DNA of 64,000 bases from Bugula neritina (taxonomy: Eukaryota > Animalia > Bryozoa). The stretch covers positions 11,046,581 to 11,110,580 of the forward strand of contig OZ037767.1 in assembly GCA_964035545.1 (NCBI GenBank), written 5' to 3'. Below the pieces are notes generated by a model. The model was not told the origin of the DNA. It searched no databases and saw nothing but the letters and a program-made list of their open reading frames with translations. A program made the translations under genes and the position numbers. Positions 51,014-64,000 of this stretch are shown here, piece by piece. The first letter of the stretch is position 1, and each line of letters opens with the position of its first letter.

Positions 51014-54000
51014 CTAAGATTGGTTCTGTTTACTCAGATATTTCTCACAGATTCCTTTGACAGTCATCTGGTTGAGACGCGTGGCTTCAGCCGCTATCCG
51101 TTTGACGGCATCAACAGAGTCGGATTTTATAGCCAGCAGGTACGCGTTTCTAAGTTTGCCACACAAGATAAGGGCCTCCATCTGAAATTATACACAATGC
51201 TGTACTATCACATTGAAGAACAGGGAGAAGGTGGTAGAGTAATTTGCAGTTATCTGAAGTCATAATAAACACTGCTTGCAGTGAATATATAAGGTATCAT
51301 GTAACATAGCCTGCACTGCTAAAATGTTGAAAAACTAGTACGTTTACACGAACAGTCGTGGCGTGAAATGTTGAAGTAACTTTTTTACTCTAGTAAATTT
51401 TACATTTATATGAAACTAAAACTACCCACTAAGGCCAGAGATGCGTTAAGCAACATTTTGAGTGTGAGACTGGAGTATATCCACTGTGGGAGTTACCTGC
51501 CACACACGATACATTGTCAGTGGGAGTGAGACTAGAGTAGCCAGTTGTATTTGCCAATGGCTTTATTACTCTGATATAAATTACTTCATTTTATAATCTC
51601 ACTTGCCATTTGTAATGAAGCGAAATTGATTGAAATAAAGAACTAAAACTGAGCTGCAAAAAGTGGGCTCACTAAATAGTGATCAGCCAATTAGATCACT
51701 GCTGCAGAAACTTTTGCAGTGTTCTATCAGCAATTCTACGACATAAAATCCACACAAAACAGCCCAATTTTCCACTTTTTCGTAAATTTTGCTAGCGACC
51801 AGTGAAGAAAATTTGCCCCATGTGATCCTCTGCTAACGAGCTAACTGTGAACAGACCAGAGAGTGTGGTATCACTATTGAGTTTTCCATTTTCTTAGAAA
51901 TAATTTAGTATTTGGTATTAATAAGAGGTTTGGTGCTGTGGGGTAACGAACTCCCTCAACACATCTACTAACTAGACAGAGTTATAATGTTGTATAGAAT
52001 TTCACCTTGCTAGAGTCAAGACGGAGGAGTTTAGTAAGAGAGTCCAGCTGACTAGCCTGGGATCCATCAGTAGGATTAGCATTACGGATGGCAGTGAGTA
52101 GCACTTCATCTAATAGCATGTGATCACTTAGTCCCGAGTCTTTGATGCAGTTAACAAACTGCTTAATGGTTGGGTACGCTCTCTTCTCCCCCAAACTTTG
52201 AGCAGTTGCTGTGTAGACTTGATTATAGTCGAGTTGAAACTCCTAAACAACATGAAATAGTATGTGTGTCTGCATAACCAATAGATCTAGCAGTTTAGCA
52301 AGGGGGACACATGTAGAACTACAGTTACTTAGGCTATACTGAAAACGCATAAAATGTTATATGGACATTTGACGTCATTTTCTAGCAGAAATCGGTTGCA
52401 TCTATTTACAGCTGAGTAAAAATATAAACCTGAATTATTCGGAATGCCAGTTGGAAGCCATCATTAAAATTCTTGGATCCAGTAAGAAGTTTGGAGCAGA
52501 GACTAGAGATCTGCGCCGTGTTTCCAAACAAGGTGATGGCTGGCTCTTTTGAGAGTGGAGGAGTAGACATGTACTTGGTTACTTCTAGCTGCAGCTTCAC
52601 TATGCTAATCTGCCTGCAACATCACAACATTTCATTCAGTAACATTTCATTATGTGTCCTTCTTCCACCATTATGTGGGATAGGAACACATGCTGAAAGC
52701 AAACTGTTAGTTTTATGTTTTATTTCAAGAGATGAAAGGTATGTCAAGATACAAGTGCTGTCGAAGTTGTGATCTGGTTTACGTCAGTCTCACCTGTGAA
52801 CTTCTGAGTCGGTCAATGCCATTCTAACCGAGGAGTTTGATGGACCCTGTTGGAATGATTTGGGGCGGGGGATCCTGTCCCACTTGAGAGGGTTGAGATA
52901 GGACTGATAGTGATCTAAGGCTTTGGTCAGATGATTTGATCTCTCTGCCAGAGTTGCGTAGGTCTTGGCTTTGGACAAGTAAAAAAGTTGAACGCAACTC
53001 ATTGCGGCCCGTATAAAATCCTGAAACACACAATAAGATGTCAATATATAAACATGAGTCCATGGAAATTATAATACACAACTACTGGATCGTTGATAAT
53101 AAATAGAATCTCACAATGTGGGGGTATATTGGCAGCATAATACAGCTACCACTGTCACACATTACATCATACTCAGGAGGTAGGTAGGGGTAGAGTGAAG
53201 ATGGAGAAGGGTGAAGAGGGAATTACCTTGCAGAACAGCTGCATCTGGTAAAGAGTGTAATAATGATGACTTTTAGCCAAGTACTTGCACACAGCTGCCA
53301 GGTAAGAGTTACACTTCTTTAGACTGCTATCTATCAGTATCAGCTGATCCTGAAGGGTGGACAGCTCCCCGTCCCGAACCGCAGGCAGAAACAAACAGTT
53401 TATAAATACTTCCGAAGAGCAACCCTAAAATAAAAATTTAGTTCGTGTTTGCAATAAGTCATAGTAAAGTTAATATTATATCCATGTGATCAGCTAATAC
53501 CCCAATTACGTTAAACGTCATATTATATTACATTATATATTATTCTATATTATAGTATATATTATATCATATATTAGAGTATATATTATATGATATTATA
53601 TACTATAGTATATATTATATATAAGAACCTCATCTATGCAGTATTGCACAGCTCTAGACCAGAAGCCATGAGTCCTGTAGAACTTGATGAGCATGCCATG
53701 GTTGCCATATTGTGACAGGTAGTGGACACATTCCTGCACGTGCTCTAAGTTCTCATCTAATTGACACGCATTCCATGCCAACATAGGCACCTGTTCAACA
53801 TAATCATATGGAGTGGTTTTAGGTACGAACAATACTCGCTTACAAGCTGAAGATTTTACTCTGCCAAACATGAAGGTAAGACAGTACAGTTAACTGCTAC
53901 AAGTACAAATTGAATGATAAATAGTAAGTGTAAGCGTAGGGCCACACGATGTGGACTTTCTGCGTGCGTGCGGGTACAAATGCGTGAAAATCCATTGTGA

Positions 54001-57000
54001 AAACGGCCTGTCATACACAATGCGTTGGCAAATGACATTGACATTACACTTTGCTTCTCGCCTACAGCCGTTTGTTTTTAAATCCACGTCATCGGCAAAC
54101 CGTCCTTAGATATTATAAAAGCGGAAAATGCAAACTATAAAAAAATGTTTTAATTCAGCTCGCTAAAATTTAAACTGCGCATTAAAACACAAAAGTTGTG
54201 CTCACTAATGGCAACCAGCCAATTAGATCAAATCCGCATAAGCTTTCCGCATTACCCGCTCAGCATGTTATCCGCATGAAATCTGTCTGAAACCCGCACA
54301 CAACAACCTATTTTTGGGCTAGACGAATTTTCCGCATGAGAAATCCATGTCATGTGATCTTACATGAAGAAAGAGAAACGGTATATCCTACAGTGACTAT
54401 CAACAAGTACACTAACAATAAGACTCAGCAGTGTCAAAGAGAACAACACAGTTTGACAGCTAGTGCGCACGTACCGATTTACTGAGGTCACTGGAAGTGG
54501 TAAGAGCTTTTAGAGCGTGTTCTATTGATGCCTGTGTGCATATACCATTGTTCTGGGCTGCCTGGCCTTCCAGCGTACTGACAATGTCACTCAGTATAGA
54601 ACTGTAGGCTATAGTTTGGGAGTTTTTGTCCAGAGGCGACTATAATTACAGTATATACTATACGTAACATTGACTTACACACAGAGAATATATCACACCA
54701 ACTAGATGATGATCACAAGACAAAACAAATACTGCATTAAGAGAAGTACCCTCATAAACTTGGAGAATTTGTCCCTAGCCCCAGGGTAGTCGCCCTTTCT
54801 GAGACAGTCCAGGCCCCAGGAGGACCAGATGATGGTCGTTTCTAAACCAAACTTTGTGGATATTTCCAGGGCCAGTTGAGGTCTCTCGTCCTCTATCAGC
54901 TTGTCCCTTAGCCGTCTGCAACAAATATCAAATCACCTGATATTATATTATACTATATACTCACGTGAATTTATAGTCACTATCCCTGTGAGAAACCCCT
55001 GGTGGAAAGGGTTTTTGTTAAAGCGGGCTAAGGACTTATTTAAATGGGGCACAGAAGCAATTATTACTGGATGCTCTTCCTAACATCACCAATGGCCTTT
55101 GTCAGGTTCGAACCCACGGCTTCGTGTTCACAAAGCAGACGCTTTAACCCCTAAATACTAACTTGATATTATATATATCACACTATATACTAATTTGATA
55201 TTATATATACTATTAACTATATAATATATACTAACCTGATGTTATATATACTAATCTGATATTATATATATTACACTATATATACAACCTGATATTATAT
55301 TATACTATACACTAACATGATATTATATATTATATACTAACCTGATGTTATCCATCTTGGCGAGCTCGTCAACCGTAGGAAGGTCAAGGTAATAGTGAGT
55401 TATCAGAAGATTGAGCACGTCAACTCTGTTGTTGTAATCTTCACACAGAGCAACACCATCAACACAATGCTCTCTCACAAACATCAGCTTGGCACTGAGC
55501 AGTAGGAACTTCATCATACTACAAGGCATACAGAGAAGTATAACACTTATTGAGCTTTAAAGGAAATAGATGAACAGATGAAAAACTAAGACATAGCTAG
55601 AAGCAGCACAAAGTTGGGGGTGACAGAGTACAGTATTCTACAACCTGTCCAGGTGCTGCTTCAAGCAATTCCCTACTAATGAATATACAGTTTTAATTAA
55701 TATCTACAGTTATTTACTGTATTTGTTACGAGACACCACCATGATGCAGGAGAGAGACCAACAAGTGGATGAACACACTTTATGAGCATTGACTATGGAA
55801 AAAAGAAAATATTAGCTGGTTGTAGGGCCTTATTCACTGAGCTAGCAGGACTTCTTGTACAAACCACACTTTAGGCATGTGTTGCTCTATGAAAAGCATT
55901 ACCGACCCTCTATTGAGTCACAACCATCCTATCTGAGGGACTATTGCTGAATGGTAAAGTACCTGAAGACAAGATTGTAGTCTACTTCCTGGTTGATAGT
56001 CTCTGGTCTCAAAGGTTTGATAATACGGGACAGCGTCTCACACAGACTCAGCATGTGTCTGGCACACTCCACCTCATTGCTGTACATCTTCAGTATAGCA
56101 GTGCAGAGAGAGACACTAGGTGCCTGACAATTACAAACAGAGTTATACAGTTTTGGTTAGTTGAAAAAGAAAATTAAACTAATTGTGGCTTAAATAAAAT
56201 CTCAGGTGAGTTTACAACTACCATCGTTGTGAGGACCCTCAGTGCAAAGGACTTTTACAATCAGGGGTATAAATTAGGGCTATCAATTTATTTCATGCCT
56301 TAGAGAAATTATACAATTTTAATGTATTTGATAACCATCTGGAATAATGGTGAGCCGAAATAAATTCAGCTTCAGTCATATATTATCAATTCAACTGCTG
56401 ATTCCTGCCTCTATCACAAAAGAGTCCATTTGGTGAGAATTTAATGCACTATTCTTATAGTTAGCTATCAGCTAGTGCTAAATATCCTCCCATAAATATC
56501 ATTCCATAACTGCTGTATACCAGCTCATATCGTCCCATAAATTATTTACCATTGATTGAATGATGTGGTCATCAATAAAATGGAAAGGTAGTGAATATCT
56601 TTATAGGCATAATGCGCATTTGATTTGCTATATCAACATACTTAATATATCAGCACTACAGAAACTTATGGTGAGTAAACACTACCGCAATATAGCACTA
56701 GTTCCAACTTCTATCCACTATCAATACAACGAAAGGGTTCGTTACCAGCCAAAATGAGTTTGCGTTTTTACCATCATACTACACTGTCACTACTGAAATA
56801 GAATTTAATGTAGTGACTATTACTTGAAAAGATAGCCTGGGCTTTAGGAAGTGTGGAAGCCCCTTTCTCCCTCCCCTACAGTGATGGAAATTAGTTAGTT
56901 TAAGCAGTTGTAAAATTGAATATCGGCAAATAATAAGGTGTCAGCCGATATTACTTGTTAACATGAAAGCGTTATAGCTGAAATAACCAGGTAGGAGATA

Positions 57001-60000
57001 CATGTGTGCAGAGCGGGGCGCAACACTTGAACACCCAACAATTTAACATAAAAGCTACAGGACTGCTGCTAAAGCCAAAATATAAAGTTGCGTTTATACC
57101 TTCACGATTTTCGGTCAAAATTTCAATTTGGCCGGGTTGAAATTTCTCCGAGTTGCATTGCATTGTAAAAGCCACTCGTTGAAATTTTTGTACTGTGATA
57201 ACTCAATCGGCCAATTTTAGAATAGGAGTAATAACTCCTTGCAAACATCGTTATTTAGTTATTACTTTGGCGATTAGACAACGTACTTATACGGTTATAA
57301 TTATATAGCCTACGCCTTCTCAATTATCGCTTTTATGCTTTCCGCTTCACTAATTCACGACGTTTACAAAGGGCATCAAATAGCTATTATGCGAGTCAAA
57401 TTTCAATTTCAGAAAGTGAGCAACCGCATCAATATGATTTCAACGAGTTTCAGTTTGACTATAAAGGGGTACCCGGACAAGCATTATTAACTTAAACTCG
57501 GTACTTTTTACAGCAGAGGTATAAACGCAACTTAAGAGCTGCCAGAAAATATTTGAAAATCAGACTTCCAAAACATGATTTCAGTCTAGTTGATTACTTT
57601 AAAATAACCGGTCATCAACAATAATGTCTACAAAATTACACCTATATAAAAATGTTGTGCTTTCAATAGCCTTAGAGATGAACATCTAATGAAAAGCTTG
57701 CGGTTAGCATTCACAGCAACTACAAGTAATGTGTATGCAGAGTGATTCTCCCAGCCAACCTCTAAACTTGTTAAAATAGTTATAACTTTAGACTAAGTTC
57801 CTAGGACAGTCAGTGTAAGAAGGAAGACAGCTACCCGTGCCGTAACACACTAATGTGGATTAGAAAAGTTACCGTGTGAGAGAGAACCTGGAGATGATAA
57901 AATGTATATAATTAAATCAAACTACACTTTCACAGAAGTACAGCATTGATTAGTCTACAAAATCGGAGTTACGACTCCAACGAAGATATTTTAATGCGGC
58001 TACAGCTCCCTGGGAGTTGTCTTATTAATATTGACAAAAATGCATAACTTCATGCAGTCACCATAAACACCTGTCTAACTATCAAGTGAGTAGATAAATA
58101 GGTCTAGTAAGGCAGCAGCAGTAGAAAATCTCAATACCCTAATTTCTTTTATTATCTATAAATTTTTGTTTGGGGGCATTACTGCACCCACCTCACCATA
58201 CTGGAAGGAAGCTAGTTCCCAACAACTTGTTACACACATGGCTCCCGGAGTGAAGTACTAAAGAGAGGAGGCTGTGACTCGACACGTATATAACTTACGT
58301 GGTCAAACAGGAACTCATTTCTAATCTCTTCATTCTCTTCTGGATCGGTTGTGAGACACCATTCAGGGTCAGCCATGTCAGAGGTCACCGGTTTAATAAT
58401 ACTGTCAGGGGTTTCAGCAAGTGGTGCAGAGGAGGCAGCTATAATATAGTACAATACACTATAGTACAGTGTACACTACAGCGCAGTGTGCACTACAGTA
58501 CAGTGTACACTACAGCGCAGTGTGCACTACAGTACAGTGTACACTACAGCACAATGTGCACTACAGTACAGTGTACACTACAGTACAGTGTGCACTACAA
58601 TACAGTGTGCACTACAGTACAGTGTATACTACAGTACAGTGTACACTACAGTGCAGTGTACACTACAGCGCAGTGTACACTACAGTACAGTGTATACTAC
58701 AATACAGTGTGCACTACAGTGCAGTACAATACACTACAGCACAGTGCGCACTACAATACAGCTCCCTTCCCTGCTCTAAAACTTATGATACATTTTCTTG
58801 GAAAATCCAATTGGATAAGTGAAAATTGCATTGTTTTTAATCGTAAACTCAAGGTTTTCAACTCGACATGTATGCCACTTGATCTAACTGAAGGTTGCAT
58901 TCCACACAGGTCAGTACCAGTTCCATTACATTCTATACTACAATATAACGTATACTATTGACCACCTGCTGATTGTACAACATACACTACCTGATAACTT
59001 TTCCCGGAGTCGTCTCCCACCAGCATCCTGTTCTCCCTGAACCTCCTTAGATTTGAACATGACGTCGTAACAGTCGTCACACACTCTCACACTCCTCCCC
59101 CCTACTGGAGCCGTACGCGGCGAGCAGTTTGCACACACGACTCTGCCACAGCGACGGCAATGATGTCTCCGGTTAAACTGCAGCATAAAAGGTTGACCAA
59201 TTGGAAGAACGGAGTTTAGAGGTCTTGCACAAGCTGGTGTCAGTTATCATTGTGATGTCAGATGATAGTTATAACACAGAGACCAACCACAAATATGTCT
59301 ACCACAGGTTACTCTATTAAAGCTACAATTTTAGCTGCACACTTCACATATATTGGATGTGAAAATTTTCTTGTCTTGACCAGTGAAATTGGCACCCAAA
59401 ATGAAGCTAATAAGAGACTGCAACACAAAAACCGGTTTTCTAATTTTAACAACATTAAAATGAGGAAAATTTGATGCCAGTTTTACATGTTGAAAGTGAT
59501 TGAGTAAATCAGGAAAAATATCATAATAAAGCAGTTTCTTATCATAAAGAAAAAAAATTGCAGACAAAACATGTGAGCTGTAGACATATTAAAACGCAGA
59601 TATACCTTTCTTGAATTTAAAACTACTTGTCAGAAAATTTAACATATTTATATCAGCTAATGAAATGATCTATAAGATGAGACGAGACATGCCAGCATAC
59701 TGACCATGCTGAAAGGGTCCAGCTGACAGAGCATACACCTGTCTGTGTGGTCATCCGGGACCCACTCATGTCTGGCCGGTGCTCGCTCAGGAATCACAAA
59801 CTTTCTACTCTTCTCTGGGAGAGACGAGGAAAGATTTAATGAAGAACTGCTGGAGAGAGTTAAAAGATTGCCAGGAGCAGTGGTGGTGCGATTTAGCCGA
59901 GATGACGGGCTCTGAAACATACCCCCGCATTGTTTCACAATATAGACTGGAATATGAGTGCTATGGTGCTTACAGACAGGAAATTTACTGCCATGTAAAG

Positions 60001-63000
60001 AGTAAGCGCTATCAGTGACTGGTGTGAAGTAGAGCGCCATCTATCCCATAAATATGCCAAAGTCTGTGAAGTTATTTCTATGATAAATTTTCGCCACATA
60101 AAACCATAAACTTTTAGAGAACTTGTAATATACTATGTAGAATCATTTAGCTTAAGCTGTATTTATATTTTACTAAAATCATAATAGACTAAACAACACA
60201 ATTACAGAACACTACCTACGCTACCAAATTTTATGCTAGCACTGTATACTTGTAAAGTTAGCACTATATACCTGTGAGGTTAGCACTATACACCTGTGAG
60301 GTTAGCATTGTACACCTGTGAGGTTAGCACTATATACCTGTGAGGTTAGCACTATATACCTGTGAGGTTAGCACTGTATACCTGTGAGGTTAGCACTGTA
60401 TACCTGTGAGGTTAGCACTATATACCTGTGAGGTTAGCACTATATACCTGCGAGGTTAGCACTATATACCTGTGAGGTTAGCACTATATACCTGTGAGGT
60501 TAGCACTATATACCTGCGAGGTTAGCACTATATACCTGTGAGGTTAGCACTATATACCTGTGAGGTTAGCACTATATACCTGTGAGGTTAGCACTATACA
60601 CCTGTGAGGTTAGCACTATATACCTGTGAGGTTAGCACTGTATACCTGTGAAGCAGAAGGAGACGATCTCCGCAGTGAAGAACCAAGCAGAGCTTTCTGT
60701 AGAGGACTTATACTGGAAGAAGAGTCAGTCTTAGCCAAAGTTCTTGCATGCTGGGGAATTAATGCGGACATCTTACCACTGCCCCCTAAAACAAAAACAA
60801 GAAACTGCAAAAAACACAAATCCTTCTATGGTTAAAAAGCTCACTTTGTTTATTCAATTCAAGTATTCGTGAATAACTTGTGCAGGTCTAATCTATTCGA
60901 CCAGAGCTAGTTGCTCAGTATAAACTCATGACTGTATATTCACAGATCTACTGTAACAGGATTTTAACCTGCTGACAATTACCTATTGGAAGTTGTCTGG
61001 ATTTACGTCTGGGAAGGGTGTTACTAATATTCTATTTAGTATACAGCTTTATACTTTGGCATCATAGATTCAATTTCATGAGCACACAACTCTTTCTCAA
61101 AAGGAGTAAATTTCAAGCTTTCAACTAACATAAAATAATGCCAAGCATCAGCAAATCTTCAGCTAGTAAAAGCTTTAGCTCTCTGAAAATTCCATACTGA
61201 AAAAAAAATTGGTTAAATTTATCACTAGCCTAAATATTGAGAAAAAGCAAAGCGTGGAAAATATCCTATCCTTCAACAGTTACAGTGTATAATTTACAAG
61301 TCATGACCTTAGTTGTGAATATTGTGTTTATAAAACCGATAGCATAGTAACCTTTTAGCATATATAAATCTAAAACACATCGTGATACAAGTTATAGATA
61401 GCACTCTATTCTAGATCATACAAAGGTCATACAAACCGAGTGCATGTGGTGACAGACTCAGGATAGGGAAATGAACGGCCTTCTCAGCGTAGGAAACTAG
61501 CAGCTCGTCAACTTCCTGTGTAAAGTTGAACGTGTCGGAGGACGAGTCGCGCAGAAAGCCGACTACTTGCTGTGCCCATGTGATCTTCGCATTCATTAGC
61601 AGTTGTTCAAACATGAGCAGGGGAGTGAATATGAGGGGCTTGTACAGAGCGTGACTGTCAGCATCAATACACTGGAGCATCTGTGAGAACGTGGGCAATT
61701 TATCAGAGTATATAATAATATATTACACTATATGAAAGTACATTACAGTATATAACAATATATAATAATAATACCTTACAGCAAAGGATAAAATAACCAG
61801 AGGAGATAGTGCAACTGTACGCTTACACTAGTGGTCATATAGTATATACAGTAACTTACCTGTACTACTGATCATATGATATATACAGTAAATACCTATA
61901 CTAGTGATCATATAGTATATGCAGTAACTTACCTGTACACCTATACTAGTGATCATATGGTATATACAGTAACTTACCTGCACACCAATACTAGTGATCA
62001 TATAATATATACAGTAACTTACCTGTACACCAATAGTCCCAAGCTGTACTTTCTCCCTCTGCCTGTCACCAAGGCAACCAGCCATTTGGTTGTTCATGAA
62101 GTTGAGTAGGAGGGACATGCTGCTGGGTTTACTCAGCTGACTCAACACGTCAATACACAGCGTGAAGCTGTCATTAAATTCCGCCTCCAAAGATCTCTTC
62201 AGAACTGCCGTGACATCTCCGCTCTCTCCCTCTCCATCTAAACTGCTCACTAGATACTGTTTGTACACCATCTATGAAATATAACCACTTATTAGACACC
62301 ATCTATGAAACATAACTCTAATCACTATACATAATCTATGAAATATAACTGCTTTTAACAAGTCATTTCAATTTATTGCACTGCATAATCTTCACGTATA
62401 ACATGAATGTTTTTGAAATCATATATATTATAGAAGGCTAATATGCGTATAATGTGTATGATATGCGTATAAAATGCATATATGTAATATGCACATAATA
62501 TGTGTATAGCATGCTTATAAGATGGGTATAAGATGCCTACAATGTGTATAATTAGTATGTGTATACTGTGTATAATATGCATATAAAATGTTGATATCAT
62601 GAGTATAATATGCATATTGTATGCATATAAGATGCATATGGTATTTTTGCCACCTTTCTCCACCATTTTTTGATCTGGTGGCGGAATAAGCATATGGTAT
62701 GTGTACATAACAATATATAATATATAAAATGTATAAAATTTGAAGAGAAGTAACTCACTGTTCTGAGATCACCCGGAATGTTCTTTGTAAAGTCGGCTAG
62801 TTTCAAGGCAAACTTGTATTCGTGAGCATCGAAAAGGAGGTGGAAGACAGAATTTGGGTCGCTGACGAGTAACTCCGCCACATGCTGCCAGTCAGACGCC
62901 AGAATCTTTATCACCTAAAGTTGCAAGATAAACTTAGAACTTCTGTTGTTGAAAAATTCAATTGGAAATAAAACTACGCCAGGCAAAAAGTATTTTACAA

Positions 63001-64000
63001 GAGTCAAGGTCAAATTTCCAACAAAATAGCCACGTGAAGTATGACATTCGGAGAAAATATTGTAAACTTATTTGGGACTTGTGTGTTTAATTAGCCAAGA
63101 AATAAAGCTTTGTCATTATAATAAATCAGAATATTAACAAAAGACCGATTTTTTCCTTCATTGCTTCACAACTTCCAACTACAAAGTAGAAGTTACATGA
63201 CGTCACGCCCCAACATTTTACCACGTAACAGATAGAAATATCCTTGTTATTAAAATCCTTGCTTATAAAACGTTTCGTTAAATCAGATTGGCTGCTAGCC
63301 AACCCACTCCTTTACAGTTTTAGAAAAAGCATGCGACTGTTCACGTTTACAACAATTCTGGTTTAAAATTTTTTATGCGATTAATTTCAAGTTGAATGTA
63401 ATAAATAAACAAATTGCAGAGTAAGGAATTCAATTTCAAATATATCCATACAAGTTAATAGAAAACAGGTTTTAAATCTTTTCAAGTCATTGTTTGAAAT
63501 TTATGAAGCTTCACTTTACCACAAGAGATGTTGAGTTTATTGTTCACCTAAAGGAACTTTAATCTACGGTATTTTTTAATCTAAGTTGAACAGATGCAAT
63601 AGCAAAGTCATTACAAGACATAACAAGTTACTGCCTGTGTAATTGAGCTTGCAGCTCTTTACAACAGGAGATCCAAACACTATGCTTGACTAGAAAGTGC
63701 TATATCAAACATATGTGTGTATGAAGCTACATGCATGTCTATTTGTATTGGACGACACCAATAATAAATCTATTTTTGCTAACAAACACAATAGTTTTAG
63801 CTTTTTGCATGCAATTAGTTGTATAATTTTCTTTCCCTGTACAATTGGTTGAGTAATGAATGCCCCACCTTAGCTGAGCAGCCCTCCACAACTACATCCT
63901 GTTTAGCTACGGCGTGGAGCATGATGCGGTGGAAGGCGGACATTCTCTCGATAACGGTTTGGATGTAAGATACAAGACGGCCATCTTGTATGTCCAGCAG
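51014..64000 (-). CDS. ZFYVE26: Zinc finger FYVE domain-containing protein 26 (spastizin/SPG15), 3' part; 5' end beyond the window
   Basis: FYVE domain WVPDD...CMLC...FSM/FNRRHHCRRCGRVVCANCS; PLLMFEQLLMNAK; NEEIRNEFLFD; ECVHYLSQYG; DFIRAAMSCVQLFY; DGFQLAFRIIQ; last exon ALILCGKLRNAYLLAIK...ICEKYL, TAG at 51016-51014. Confidence 0.92.
53937..54362. mobile_element. Possible MITE with imperfect terminal inverted repeats
   Basis: tagggccacacgatgtggac at left vs atccatgtcatgtgatctta at right; internal gctcactaa...cagccaattagatca also seen at about 51665-51700. Confidence 0.45.
54969..55153 (-). mobile_element. tRNA-derived SINE, copy 3 (5'-clipped)
   Basis: B box GGTTCGAACC on the minus strand; high similarity to 47229-47410. 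Confidence 0.75.
58445..58760. repeat. Intronic minisatellite cagtgtacactacagta
   Basis: About 17-bp units abutting the ZFYVE26 acceptor near 58439. Confidence 0.88.
60238..60651 (-). repeat. 22-bp tandem repeat spanning the ZFYVE26 donor at 60645, about 18 copies
   Basis: Minus unit TCACAG/gtatatagtgctaacc. Confidence 0.92.
61828..62035 (-). repeat. 45-bp tandem repeat spanning the ZFYVE26 donor at 62022
   Basis: Minus unit TATTGGTGTACAG/gtaagttactgtatatattatatgatcactag, 4-5 copies. Confidence 0.9.

Noticed and set aside
58299-58961. 220-aa plus-strand ORF and overlapping ORFs
   Set aside because: Antisense to a ZFYVE26 exon plus minisatellite read-through.

Overview
Intron-rich, AT-rich eukaryotic (invertebrate animal) genomic DNA; many entries in the ORF track are exon fragments or minisatellite artefacts. 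There are five spliced host genes: (1) + strand, 5'-truncated astacin metalloprotease with EGF/CUB/MAM domains and about 18 TSP1 repeats (414-18662); (2) - strand CGRRF1-like TM-RING gene (18988-22739); (3) + strand TTC7 (25974-38910); (4) + strand XRCC1 (45512-50153); (5) - strand ZFYVE26/spastizin (51014 to beyond the window end). Between TTC7 and XRCC1 lies a very young Ty3/Gypsy-type LTR element (39386-44645, - strand) with LTRs that differ by one base, a 4-bp TSD and a tRNA-Leu PBS. It keeps gag, a -1 frameshift cassette, protease and the integrase HHCC domain in open frames, lacks RT/RNase H/integrase core, and carries an apparently spliced two-exon zinc-finger/coiled-coil accessory gene. 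The second striking pattern is that about ten intronic minisatellites are tandem copies of the actual exon-intron junction, so arrays of decoy splice sites sit next to the functional one in four different genes. Exon coordinates were read by eye and are approximate.
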